64,000 nucleotides of DNA, taken from sequence record OK040170.1; one strand, 5' to 3'. Under the pieces are notes generated by a model. That model ran no database searches and was not told the DNA's origin. It saw only the letters and a list, made by a program, of their open reading frames with translations. Positions 1 through 9,246 of this stretch are shown here, piece by piece. Every line of letters begins with the position of its first letter. Within the stretch, counting starts at the first letter, position 1. Both the position numbers and the translations under genes were made by a program.

Positions 1-2
1 CA

Positions 3-1034
3 TCTGATGCAAACGCCATGACTCGTTCTGACCTGTATCTGTCTCCTCAGAACCTGGGTAGTTGGTGGAGTGCTGTTGCTCGTGTATATATCGACCAGCA
101 GATTGCCAATGGTCTGAACATGACCAAAGACGACGTGGGTCTGGGTCTGGTAGTTAACGCCGGTTTCGCAACCGACGCCGAAGCTATCGATCCGAGTAAA
201 ACTCAGGTCTACATGGATCCTAAGGGAACTAACCTGGCAATCCTTAATAAAGATCTGGTGAAAGCTTACAGTATCCAACCGGCTTACATGGATACGTTGG
301 CAAAAGGTTTCCCTGCGACGATGTTTGTTGCGACGATGCCTAACCTGTCGAGTGGTTTGAACAACACTTGGACAAGTACGTTGCGCACCATCAAGTCACC
401 GTTTAACCGTGACTCAGCTGTCAGTGTTATTTTGTCTCCTTCTCCGGCGACTTATTATCAGCGTGCTTTCGTTGATGCAAGTAGCACCGGGATTCAACCA
501 GGTTTCATCTTCGGTTATCAAGGAACAGATACCGACCCAGTGAAATACGCTGCGATCTTCTTTAAGAACAAAGCATGTTACCTGGGTACGTACGAAAACC
601 AAAACTGGACTTACGGCCCAGACGTAGCCTTGGCTTCTCTGACCGGTACTTCGGTTCAAGTAACGTGTACAGTTTCAGGTAAGAATATTGCCGTGACCGT
701 AGGTACAACCACCGTCAACGTCGATATCTCTGCGCTGGTCTTCAATGCGACCAACTATACGTGGCGTGCAGGTTACGTGAACGTAGGTAGTGCACCGACG
801 GAGTTTACTCCTGTCTCCATGCCTGCCTTTACTGGGAAAATCGTTGATGTTATCGATTACCTGGATTACACGTTCAGTAACAACACCTGGACAGTAGTGG
901 CTACTAACGATTCGCAAACGATCAGTAATGATCTGACCGCCGGTCGTCGTTGCTACAACTACGCTACCGGGGAGTGCTTCGCGGTGACTGCACCAGAAGA
1001 GTACTTCGCCATCACGCAACCTGTCTCTGTTTAA
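3..1034 (+). CDS. Virion/tail-associated protein, probably 5'-truncated by the window edge
   Basis: ORF track 18..1034; the frame is open upstream to position 3 (S-D-A-N-A-M). Thr/Val-rich beta-type composition; directly upstream of a tail fibre gene. Confidence 0.5.
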   Translation, partial: SDANAMTRSDLYLSPQNLGSWWSAVARVYIDQQIANGLNMTKDDVGLGLVVNAGFATDAEAIDPSKTQVYMDPKGTNLAILNKDLVKAYSIQPAYMDTLAKGFPATMFVATMPNLSSGLNNTWTSTLRTIKSPFNRDSAVSVILSPSPATYYQRAFVDASSTGIQPGFIFGYQGTDTDPVKYAAIFFKNKACYLGTYENQNWTYGPDVALASLTGTSVQVTCTVSGKNIAVTVGTTTVNVDISALVFNATNYTWRAGYVNVGSAPTEFTPVSMPAFTGKIVDVIDYLDYTFSNNTWTVVATNDSQTISNDLTAGRRCYNYATGECFAVTAPEEYFAITQPVSV

Positions 1035-1045
1035 CGAGGTAAACA

Positions 1046-2398
1046 ATGTCTACGAACGTTGAAGTAGTTAAGTACCCGTATGACCCGACAGGTAATGCGA
1101 TTACTAACCGTATCATCAATGAACGCCGTACCGTTGGTCGTGAATACAACCGTGCATTAGCTCCATATGCCGGGCCGTACTATTCTGACTCAATGGTGGT
1201 GACTGATGCAATCACTGCCAAAGTTCTGGTTCGGGATTACGACTATAAGTTGCTTTATCCTGAGCAAGAGGCTGAGCTCCGTATCGGTAAGCCTGTATGT
1301 ACCATGGTTCAGATCCTCAACCTGGATCACACCGACGTTAACCTGACGTATCAAGTTGTCGGTGGCCCGTACAGTACTTCCGTTAACGTGATTGGTAAAC
1401 TCCTTAATGAGATTCAGCAGGACAACCGCCCAGTTCGCTGGGATGACATCCTGGGGAAACCAACTGAGTTCAACCCATCAAAACACCTGACCTCTGCAAC
1501 CGACCTTTACGGTTTGGAATACGTGGTCATGTCGTTGGAAGATATCGTCCAGGCTATCTACCAAGGTGACGTCAGCTCCCACGATGTACTTTACGATTAC
1601 ATTGAGCGAATCAAAAAGTATTTGGACGACAACCTGAATGACCTCCACAACATGGACAATGAGTTGGCTGCTCGTATTGAAGCCGTCAACGTCCGTGTCG
1701 ATTCGACTAACCTCGATCTGAAGGCATTAGGTGATCGTACCGATAAACACATCGGGGATAAAGATAACCCGCACAATACCACCAAAGCACAAGTCGGTCT
1801 GGGGGCAGTGGAGAACTACCGTCCTGCGACTCAACCTGAAGCTGAGGCAGGTACTGCTAACGAAGTGGTCATGACAGCTCTGCGCACTTGGCAGGCGATC
1901 ACTAAGTTTAACACCCTGAACATCGATCCTAAAATCAGTAGTCACATCGCTAACCGAAACAACCCACACGGTGTAACTGCCGCACAAGTTGGTTTAGGTG
2001 CAGTGGCTAACGTTCGTCAGGTTCAACAGGGCGGCGGTGTTAACATGCTGAATAACACGGTGCAGATCGGTTGGTCAGCTGGCGGTTTGATTGCTCAAGT
2101 TGATAGTACTCAATTGGGGCGCATCTATACCTCAAATAACCCCGATCCAGCAGTCGCATCTCACGCTAACCGTCGCGATAACCCACATGGAGTTACGGCA
2201 GCCCAAGTTGGTTTAGGGAACGTTCCTAACTGGGGTGCAGCGAACGAAGGGACAGCAGCGGCCGGGTGGAGCAATAACACCTTTGCTTCCCCTCTATCCA
2301 TTCGTCGTTTCCACGAAGCCCAACGCACCATAAGTTGGAACGGTCCTGGTTCGACTAACGGATTTAGCGGCGACCATATCTGGTACCAGTTAGGTTAA
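1046..2398 (+). CDS. phiKZ-like tail fibre/baseplate-attached protein (450 aa)
   Basis: GAGG RBS. N-terminal YPYDPTG...APYAGPYY region typical of phiKZ-like baseplate/fibre proteins; three NPHxxTxAQVGLGxVxN fibre repeats; QQGGG...IGW...VD fibre motif. Confidence 0.75.
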   Translation: MSTNVEVVKYPYDPTGNAITNRIINERRTVGREYNRALAPYAGPYYSDSMVVTDAITAKVLVRDYDYKLLYPEQEAELRIGKPVCTMVQILNLDHTDVNLTYQVVGGPYSTSVNVIGKLLNEIQQDNRPVRWDDILGKPTEFNPSKHLTSATDLYGLEYVVMSLEDIVQAIYQGDVSSHDVLYDYIERIKKYLDDNLNDLHNMDNELAARIEAVNVRVDSTNLDLKALGDRTDKHIGDKDNPHNTTKAQVGLGAVENYRPATQPEAEAGTANEVVMTALRTWQAITKFNTLNIDPKISSHIANRNNPHGVTAAQVGLGAVANVRQVQQGGGVNMLNNTVQIGWSAGGLIAQVDSTQLGRIYTSNNPDPAVASHANRRDNPHGVTAAQVGLGNVPNWGAANEGTAAAGWSNNTFASPLSIRRFHEAQRTISWNGPGSTNGFSGDHIWYQLG

Positions 2399-2409
2399 GC
2401 GAGGTAATC

Positions 2410-2937
2410 GTGCTTTACGTTAACTCAGGGGGCGCTTGGCGTCCCTGTAATAGAGCATACGTTAACAGTGGTGGTGCTTGGCGAAACGTCAAACAGATCT
2501 ACACTAACACCAACGGTAAGTGGTGGCCTGTCTGGGATAAAGTCAATGCTCAGATGCCTATCTACAACCAAACCGTAATGGCTTGGGGTCGTGGTGGCGG
2601 GATGCCAGGGACTGTTTGGGGGAGTACTGTTTGCTACGCGGATTGGTGGCTGGAGATTTACCGCCCCATTATTGGGATTGTATTCTCCTTCAACATTTCT
2701 AAGTGGCAAGGTTCTCTCCATGGTTCGGGTGGTAACTTTGGCATTGGGGAGAGCGATCCGGGAGTTCAATGGAAAGCGGATGACCGCACTGGTGAACAAC
2801 AATCTCCGGTAATGGGTTGTAACGTACAGCCAGGTCACGTGCTCCGTCTGTGGAACTACGGTAACTCTAACCAAGGTGACGGTAAGACGTATAGTTGGCT
2901 TCGGTTAGACCGAGTCATCTACGGAGATCCGCCGTAA
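2410..2937 (+). CDS. Tail fibre tip/adhesin-like protein (175 aa)
   Basis: GTG start with GAGG RBS; tandem YVNSGGAWR motif; Trp/Gly-rich; follows the fibre gene. Confidence 0.55.
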   Translation: MLYVNSGGAWRPCNRAYVNSGGAWRNVKQIYTNTNGKWWPVWDKVNAQMPIYNQTVMAWGRGGGMPGTVWGSTVCYADWWLEIYRPIIGIVFSFNISKWQGSLHGSGGNFGIGESDPGVQWKADDRTGEQQSPVMGCNVQPGHVLRLWNYGNSNQGDGKTYSWLRLDRVIYGDPP

Positions 2938-2949
2938 AAAGAAAATAGC

Positions 2950-2971
2950 GGAGAGGGCGTTTGCCCTCTCC
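2950..2971. terminator. Bidirectional intrinsic terminator between convergent genes
   Basis: GGAGAGGGC-GTTT-GCCCTCTCC hairpin, A-rich upstream. Confidence 0.75.
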
Positions 2972-2982
2972 CTATGTTTGCA

Positions 2983-3972
2983 TTATCGCTTAGGTACAGA
3001 AGTACCAGATTCGCCGGATCCGGTCTGGACGCCCTTATGTCCGTGGTACCGGAGTGTAATTCCGCCAGTGCTGGTTTCGAAGTCTTCGGCTTTCACTACC
3101 TTCTCAACTTCCAGTGGCCCTTTCATCTTAGCTGTGAAGTCTCCGCTACTTGACTTCTCTTGGATAATGGGTCCATTGAGCGCAATCAGTCCGTTGAGGG
3201 AAATCTTGGTTGCGGTAAAGTCAGCGTCATTAGCAACATTAAACTTAAGGCTATCAGCTGCCTCTAGATTAAAGTTGTTGCAAGAGATGTAGATATTACC
3301 GCCAGCAACAATACCGATATCTTCCTCAGCATTCATTAGGAGATCTTTCTCTTTAATCTCAACTAACGTACCATCGGAGTTTACCATCCGTACTCGTTTC
3401 TCACGAGTATTCAGGTAGAGTTCTTGTCCCTGGTCATCGCCGATACTGATGAGTCCGTTACCGCCACTAATGTTAACATGATACTTAGCCACCTCTCCGT
3501 TAGCCTGTGACGTTGAGATAGTAATGCCCTTACCGTGTCCACTGATTTCCAGCATGTAATGAGTGTCGGGGTTAGGTGCTTCTCCGTTAGCGCTCAGGTT
3601 ACCCGACACCATCAGTCGTTTAGTTTCACCACGACGAAGGTTAATCTGGTCACCACGTTCACGCCAGTAATATTTATTCTGGTCAGCATAACGGATTAAT
3701 TCAACAACCTCACCACGTTGTACATCGGGTGCAGTTGTCCAGCTACTATCGGTTCCTCGCCACTCTGCTTCAATGACAGTATCTGTAAATGTTTTTACGT
3801 GAACGGGATTACCCCTACTGTCTTTACCTTCTATCTCCAGAGTCTGTGGATTAGAACGAATAGCACCTTGCATCCACGGTGCGATCTCTACAGGCCACAC
3901 CATGATGTTATTCGTTGTCAATGGTTTGTTCTCAGCAACGATACCGAAGAACTTAGATGCGATATCACTCAT
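2983..3972 (-). CDS. Central baseplate spike / membrane-piercing protein (phiKZ gp164-like)
   Basis: N-terminal OB-fold-like region, beta-solenoid repeats, and C-terminal HxH metal-binding apex (RYHGHKGVQTG) as in P2 gpV-type spikes; divergent from SbcC as in phiKZ. Confidence 0.8.
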   Translation of the reverse strand: MSDIASKFFGIVAENKPLTTNNIMVWPVEIAPWMQGAIRSNPQTLEIEGKDSRGNPVHVKTFTDTVIEAEWRGTDSSWTTAPDVQRGEVVELIRYADQNKYYWRERGDQINLRRGETKRLMVSGNLSANGEAPNPDTHYMLEISGHGKGITISTSQANGEVAKYHVNISGGNGLISIGDDQGQELYLNTREKRVRMVNSDGTLVEIKEKDLLMNAEEDIGIVAGGNIYISCNNFNLEAADSLKFNVANDADFTATKISLNGLIALNGPIIQEKSSSGDFTAKMKGPLEVEKVVKAEDFETSTGGITLRYHGHKGVQTGSGESGTSVPKR

Positions 3973-4033
3973 GGTTTATTTCTACGCTCGATTGAATTAG
4001 GTTGAAGACAATAGTTTAAACTGAGGAACTCTC

Positions 4034-6514
4034 GTGCTTAAATTGTTAGAAGTATCGATTAGTCATAACAAACGCTTTAAGTCTGGCTTGATCGATCAAA
4101 TCGTCTATACCCCTGAATCATCCTATCAGGTGATCGTTGGGCCGAATGGAGCAGGTAAGTCAGCACTCCTGGACGAATTGACATCATACCCTTCCCCTTC
4201 CGCTTCTTTCTACAAAAACGGGGAATCGCGTAGAAAATTACAACTTGACGGAGTCAACTACGAATGCGTTTCAGACTTCCGTTCAGGGAGTAAGCATGAG
4301 TTCTGGAAAGAAGGCGTAAACCTTAATGAAGGCGGTACGCTAGTTGTTCAAAAGGATTTACTCGCCAAGCATTTGAACATCACTGAGCTGTCGCATCAGA
4401 TAGCTACAGATAAGCTTGTCTTATCGTCCATGTCGCCAGCGAAGCGCCAAGAAGTCTTTAGTCAACTTATTAACCAAGACTTGACTCTAGCGTATAGCCT
4501 GTTTAATAAGGCACGTACCAAACTCCGTGATGCCACCGGGGCAAAACGAATGTTGGAAGATTCACTGGTAAATAAGCAGACCATGAATCTCTCCGATGAA
4601 GAGTACGAAATGCTTCAGGTTCGTTTAGCTGAGTACCAAGGGAAGGTTACTGAGTTACTGACGGACTACAGCGAGCAGAATGGGACGTCGATGACAATTG
4701 ACCAGATTATGGGTCAATGGATGCGGTTTACTGAGGGCGATTTAAAGAACTGGGGGAAATACCTTCCAGATAGTCCCATAGACGCAGCAGATGAAGCTGT
4801 GTTCAATCAGAAGATGGAAACGCTACGGTTATCGCTTAATCAGCTAAGAACGCAAGGAGCAGCGTTACAGGAAGAATATGACAACCTTGACGATACTGTT
4901 AAACGTTTAGGGGATAGCTCGGCGGAGAACGTTGAGAAACTCCAAGACGAAAGGGACTACCATCTCAAACGTATCGCTCGTTTAGAACACTCAGCCGACA
5001 ACTACATGTTCCGTCCTGACATCTATAGTCCTGAGATGAACTTTGGAGCAGCGAAGGAAGAACTCAAACGAGTCTTTACTCGTTGGTCTGATGCGCTCAG
5101 TTCCTTAACGCCCAACACGGAAGGTAAGTACACCAGAAACAATCTGGAAGAAATCCAACGTCGTATCCGTAACGGTAAAGAGTCGTATAACGCATTAGTC
5201 TTCCAGCGGCAACGTGCAGAAGAGCAGTTGGAACACTTCACTAAAGGCGAACAGATCCATTGCCCGCAGTGTAGTTACCAATGGACTCCTGGTACTAAGC
5301 CGGAAGATAAGCCTCGTTTAGTGGCTAAGATTAGTCAGTTGAACGAACAGATCGCTAAGGGTGACAAATACCTCTCAGAGCTCACTGCAACCGAGCAGGA
5401 GATCGTTGAGTGGAGTAACCTTTACCGTGAAGTTATCTCCTTGGAGAAAGGTTGTAGTGCAGCATCAGAGCTGTTTAATCAGATCCATCACGAGATTAAC
5501 ATTTCCGAGCAGCCCGTAATGGCTGTGGGCATGGCTCACAACCTGATTGAAGATTTGGAACGCTTTGTAGAAATCGAGAACTCCCGCAAGGTCATTCAGG
5601 AAACAGAAACTATCCTCCAGCGTCTGAGAGATAACAATGTTACCGGTGTTGATCAATTGAAGAAACGTATGGAACATCTTCGCGTACGTCTCTCCGATAA
5701 TGCGGTAGAACAAGATAAACTCATTGTCGTTCTTAATGGAATGGAACAACAGGCGCGTCAAATTGCTCGCTTTAATGAGAAAGCTGGTGAACTGGAAGAG
5801 CGTTATGAACACCTGTGCACTGAAGGGCACCGGACAATCAATAACGTATTCAACCAAGTCCGTAAGATTCTCATTGCTGATCTACAAGGGCACATCGGTA
5901 CGATCAGTAAACAGCTCAATGATGTGAAGACTCTGCGTGACCAGATTGCCGACAACGAGAAACAGTTAGCTGAACAGCAACGACTCATTGTTGGATATTC
6001 TAAGATCGTTGAGGATCTTTCTCCGAAGTCAGGGATTATTGCTGAGCAGATGTCAGAGTTCATTGAAACCTTTGTTGGTCAGATGAATGAAGTCATCGCA
6101 GAGATCTGGACTTACCCGATGGAAATCATGATGGGTAAGCCAACGGACTCAGAATTGAGCTACGTGTTCCCTGTCTACCTTCCTGAGTCTGACTCTATAG
6201 TTCCGGATGTGAAAGAGACGTCAGATGGTCAGATTGGCATTATTGATTTTGCTTTCAAAGTCACTGCCATGATGTACCTTAATCAAGTTAATGTACCTTT
6301 GCTACTTGACGAAGTTGACCGTCCTCTGCAACCTGCGCATAAAGCCAAACTGATTAACTTCATCAGTGGTTCAGTTGAAAACGAACGCTTCAGTCAAGTC
6401 TTCCTGATCTCTCACCACGAGGGTTCGCATGGAGCACTTCCATTCCCTGATATTATCGACTTCAACTACCGTGAACCTCGGGAAGAATCCAATAAGGTCA
6501 TTAGCTTCCACTAG
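4034..6514 (+). CDS. sbcC: SbcC/Rad50-like SMC ATPase
   Basis: Walker A GPNGAGKS, central coiled coil with CPQC zinc hook, signature-like SDGQ, Walker B LLLDE, H-loop ISH. Confidence 0.92.
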   Translation: MLKLLEVSISHNKRFKSGLIDQIVYTPESSYQVIVGPNGAGKSALLDELTSYPSPSASFYKNGESRRKLQLDGVNYECVSDFRSGSKHEFWKEGVNLNEGGTLVVQKDLLAKHLNITELSHQIATDKLVLSSMSPAKRQEVFSQLINQDLTLAYSLFNKARTKLRDATGAKRMLEDSLVNKQTMNLSDEEYEMLQVRLAEYQGKVTELLTDYSEQNGTSMTIDQIMGQWMRFTEGDLKNWGKYLPDSPIDAADEAVFNQKMETLRLSLNQLRTQGAALQEEYDNLDDTVKRLGDSSAENVEKLQDERDYHLKRIARLEHSADNYMFRPDIYSPEMNFGAAKEELKRVFTRWSDALSSLTPNTEGKYTRNNLEEIQRRIRNGKESYNALVFQRQRAEEQLEHFTKGEQIHCPQCSYQWTPGTKPEDKPRLVAKISQLNEQIAKGDKYLSELTATEQEIVEWSNLYREVISLEKGCSAASELFNQIHHEINISEQPVMAVGMAHNLIEDLERFVEIENSRKVIQETETILQRLRDNNVTGVDQLKKRMEHLRVRLSDNAVEQDKLIVVLNGMEQQARQIARFNEKAGELEERYEHLCTEGHRTINNVFNQVRKILIADLQGHIGTISKQLNDVKTLRDQIADNEKQLAEQQRLIVGYSKIVEDLSPKSGIIAEQMSEFIETFVGQMNEVIAEIWTYPMEIMMGKPTDSELSYVFPVYLPESDSIVPDVKETSDGQIGIIDFAFKVTAMMYLNQVNVPLLLDEVDRPLQPAHKAKLINFISGSVENERFSQVFLISHHEGSHGALPFPDIIDFNYREPREESNKVISFH

Positions 6515-6527
6515 GGAGTATGACTAG

Positions 6528-6689
6528 ATGGGTAAGATTAAACATCGCCTGCTACGCCTCGTGTTCTTCTTTGCTTTGGCGTACGTTACCGGACATGCAG
6601 TCAGTACTGATTTTAATAACCCAGTGCTGATTGTATCGTTATTGATCTGTTGGTTGGGCGTATTCATCAACAACATTGTTAATGACTAA
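6528..6689 (+). CDS. Small two-TM membrane protein (53 aa), absent from the ORF track
   Basis: Hand translation MGKIKHRLLRLVFFFALAYVTGHAVSTDFNNPVLIVSLLICWLGVFINNIVND; GGGAG RBS at 6514-6518; terminator follows the stop. Confidence 0.7.
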   Translation: MGKIKHRLLRLVFFFALAYVTGHAVSTDFNNPVLIVSLLICWLGVFINNIVND

Positions 6690-6695
6690 CATAGC

Positions 6696-6717
6696 GCAGA
6701 GAGGTTTTCCTCTCTGC
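6696..6717 (+). terminator. Intrinsic terminator
   Basis: GCAGAGAGG-TTTT-CCTCTCTGC. Confidence 0.7.
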
Positions 6718-6731
6718 CTATTCCCATTTAT

Positions 6732-6766
6732 TTTCAAACATATATCACTACTATGCAAGTGGATAA
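6732..6766 (+). promoter_or_regulatory. Early (virion RNAP) promoter
   Basis: TTTCAAACA-TATATCAC resembles the phiKZ early promoter TATATTAC; near-identical copy at 44698-44732. Confidence 0.75.
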
Positions 6767-6803
6767 CTTAAAGAGTATAAACATTTAATTATTGGAGAAA
6801 ATT

Positions 6804-7433
6804 ATGCGTTCTATTAAGCAGCTCGAACCTCTGTTAAGAACTTACGGCAAAGTCGATCGTGGTGGTGCAACCAGCGTTCAACATCAAACCTTCTTCGTCC
6901 GCCCGGCGCCGCTGAACAGCGAAATCGATATCAGCGAAAACCTCTCTGACTTCACTACCCATCAAATGGATGGCTGGCGTAACCTGGAGTCGTTCCAGGA
7001 CATGATCGATGTCATCGCTAAGACTTATGGCGATAACGTCGCCAGCAAAGTCCCAGCCGTCCCTATGTCCAATCTGTCGGAAGTGTACGATCGCTTCCTG
7101 GCCGAATCCGGTCTGCGTATGGTTCCGATCTTCGGTTTCTCCATGGAGATCCGTGATGCACAACCGTTCTCTCAAAACCTGTTCCACTTCATTGAAGGCA
7201 TTCCGCCGGAAGTCTCCGAGAAACTGCTGAACGATGTTCGCGCCAAACTGGCCGAAGTTGACCTGCCGGGTGAAATGGTTAACCTGAACTTCATGGTTCA
7301 GGAAAGCTGCACGGTTATGGAACTGTACCGGATGATGACTTTCATCACCGTCCTGCTGAAAGAGTCGGCAAAAGAAACTCACTTCCTGCCAGGTCGTGCG
7401 GTGGGTACTTTCGCTTACATCTCTGCGGAGTAA
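6804..7433 (+). CDS. Hypothetical early protein (209 aa)
   Basis: ATG at 6804 with GGAG RBS preferred over the TTG start at 6792; strongly biased codons. Confidence 0.75.
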   Translation: MRSIKQLEPLLRTYGKVDRGGATSVQHQTFFVRPAPLNSEIDISENLSDFTTHQMDGWRNLESFQDMIDVIAKTYGDNVASKVPAVPMSNLSEVYDRFLAESGLRMVPIFGFSMEIRDAQPFSQNLFHFIEGIPPEVSEKLLNDVRAKLAEVDLPGEMVNLNFMVQESCTVMELYRMMTFITVLLKESAKETHFLPGRAVGTFAYISAE

Positions 7434-7439
7434 TTCCAG

Positions 7440-8135
7440 ATGGAAACCAAAGAGTTAACTTTAGTAGAAAAGATGCAGCGCCGGCGTGATCTGAAAAATC
7501 AGTTGCGTGAGCTACTGGAAAATCGTAACCCTGCCGATGTTTACACGGTAGTAAAGCGTCAATTCGTGCTCGATGAAAATGGGGAAACCAAGTTAGTCGA
7601 ACGTGAGGTGCAGACTACCAAGGCAGAGGAAGATCTCCGTCTTGAGATTGATAACCTTAAGGCCGAGATTAACCATTACTCCGGCGACCACTGGATGAAC
7701 CGCCATCGCGTCAATGAACTGATTGCCAAGGCGAAAGTTCAGTACGATGAGGTTATCTCGAAGGGGATAACTGATGGTCTGATCGAAGTTAAAAGCTACG
7801 GTCTGATGTTCCTCTCAAACGGCGACGTTGCTTTCGGATCTACTCCTCGGTGGTCTACTGTGGAAATCGAAGAGCAGTTGAAAGAAGCAGCTGGTCTGTA
7901 CCGCAGAGAAGCGGCCGTCCTGTACTCCATTTCCGGAGCAATGCACAGCGGTCAGAATAAAGGGTTCAGTACCCTGACCAAAGACCTCCGGGTCATCGGC
8001 GCAGCTACAGGGAAAGAGAAATCTCGCATCTTCCCTATCCACGACGAAGCACCGTTTATCCCAGGTAATCCAAAACCCCAGGGTAAAAACGATCTGCTTT
8101 CCAAATTAATCCGCCGTCGGGTTAACAACAAGTAA
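7440..8135 (+). CDS. Hypothetical protein with N-terminal coiled coil (231 aa)
   Basis: ORF track; tight operon spacing; no motif recognised. Confidence 0.7.
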   Translation: METKELTLVEKMQRRRDLKNQLRELLENRNPADVYTVVKRQFVLDENGETKLVEREVQTTKAEEDLRLEIDNLKAEINHYSGDHWMNRHRVNELIAKAKVQYDEVISKGITDGLIEVKSYGLMFLSNGDVAFGSTPRWSTVEIEEQLKEAAGLYRREAAVLYSISGAMHSGQNKGFSTLTKDLRVIGAATGKEKSRIFPIHDEAPFIPGNPKPQGKNDLLSKLIRRRVNNK

Positions 8136-8210
8136 CTTGTAGTAAATAACGTCATTATCCGTAGTATGTACAAACTGTAAATCACTCAATCTCAAATAGG
8201 AAATATCAAC

Positions 8211-8453
8211 ATGCAAATCGAACTGAACGAAGTACTGGCATCCAAAGTTGAAACTCTGGCAACTGCAACTGGCAAAGACGCACACGGCGTCGTAGAAGCT
8301 GCGATCGAAACTTTCGCCTGGACCACCACCGCAGAAGCCGCCGGCAAAACTGTTCTGGCTGCCAGTAAATCTGACGAAGGCACCTGGGTGGAAGAAGCGT
8401 TCCTGTCTGACGCTGACTTCCGTAAAGCTCCGGAAGCTGACGTAGCAGAATAA
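8211..8453 (+). CDS. Small protein, possible ribbon-helix-helix DNA-binding fold
   Basis: MQIEL (beta)-NEVLASKVETLATATG (helix A)-KDAHGVVEAAIETF (helix B) matches the CopG/RHH pattern by eye; AGGA RBS; terminator downstream. Confidence 0.5.
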   Translation: MQIELNEVLASKVETLATATGKDAHGVVEAAIETFAWTTTAEAAGKTVLAASKSDEGTWVEEAFLSDADFRKAPEADVAE

Positions 8454-8481
8454 ACCAAACAAATCGGCGCGATGCGCTACG

Positions 8482-8507
8482 CTAGGATACCCTTCGGGGT
8501 ATCCTAG
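8482..8507 (+). terminator. Intrinsic terminator with UUCG loop
   Basis: CTAGGATACCC-TTCG-GGGTATCCTAG followed by T-rich tract. Confidence 0.85.
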
Positions 8508-8552
8508 TACCTACTTCTTTTATCTTTTCTTTTTTTGTTAGAGGATAGCAAC

Positions 8553-9206
8553 ATGACCGTTATCACCAAAGAAGAACTCCTGTCCGAGATGAAGACTCGC
8601 TTCTGTGAAGCTCTCGATTCTCTCTACGGTTTCCAACTCGTCATCGACGAAGAATACAACATCCTGGAGATGGCTACTCTCCAGCCATTAGTTAGCCCAA
8701 CTACCCATAAAATCCTGGCGTTGATCAGCACCCGGATGATGGAAGAAGGTAAGTACGAAAACTTACCTAAAGACCCTGCTGATCTTTACAAACAACTGGA
8801 CGCTAAGTTAGGCGAAGGCTGGCGTTCTATCCCAGTAACTAACTTCAAGTCTGATCCGAACGACGTATTCGACTGGGGTCAGATTGCCTCGATCTACATG
8901 GTAGGGAGTAACATCTCCTATCAGATCAACAGCTTCTTTGCTATCATGGCCGCTCTGGCACTTAACTACGAAATCATCGTTACCTTCAACGACGAAGGTC
9001 AGCCGAGCATCCAATTCCCGGATACTTTCTCTGAGATCAAATCGGTAGTTGATGAGATTGTTGCCATGTACGCCGATAAGCTGGCGGAACGTCGTATCGA
9101 ACTGGAAGCTGAGAACGAAGCTGTATTGAACAGAGTCCGCAGCGCCGTGACCATCGACCAAGATGCCGCCAACGCACCTGAGCTTGATCCAGCCAAACCA
9201 GAATAA
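8553..9206 (+). CDS. Hypothetical acidic protein (217 aa)
   Basis: ATG at 8553 with GAGG RBS preferred over the TTG start at 8535. Confidence 0.75.
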   Translation: MTVITKEELLSEMKTRFCEALDSLYGFQLVIDEEYNILEMATLQPLVSPTTHKILALISTRMMEEGKYENLPKDPADLYKQLDAKLGEGWRSIPVTNFKSDPNDVFDWGQIASIYMVGSNISYQINSFFAIMAALALNYEIIVTFNDEGQPSIQFPDTFSEIKSVVDEIVAMYADKLAERRIELEAENEAVLNRVRSAVTIDQDAANAPELDPAKPE

Positions 9207-9215
9207 CAAACATAG

Positions 9216-9239
9216 CCGGAGGACCTTACGGTCCTCCGG
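9216..9239. terminator. Bidirectional terminator
   Basis: CCGGAGGACC-TTAC-GGTCCTCCGG between convergent genes. Confidence 0.8.
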
Positions 9240-9246
9240 TTTATGA

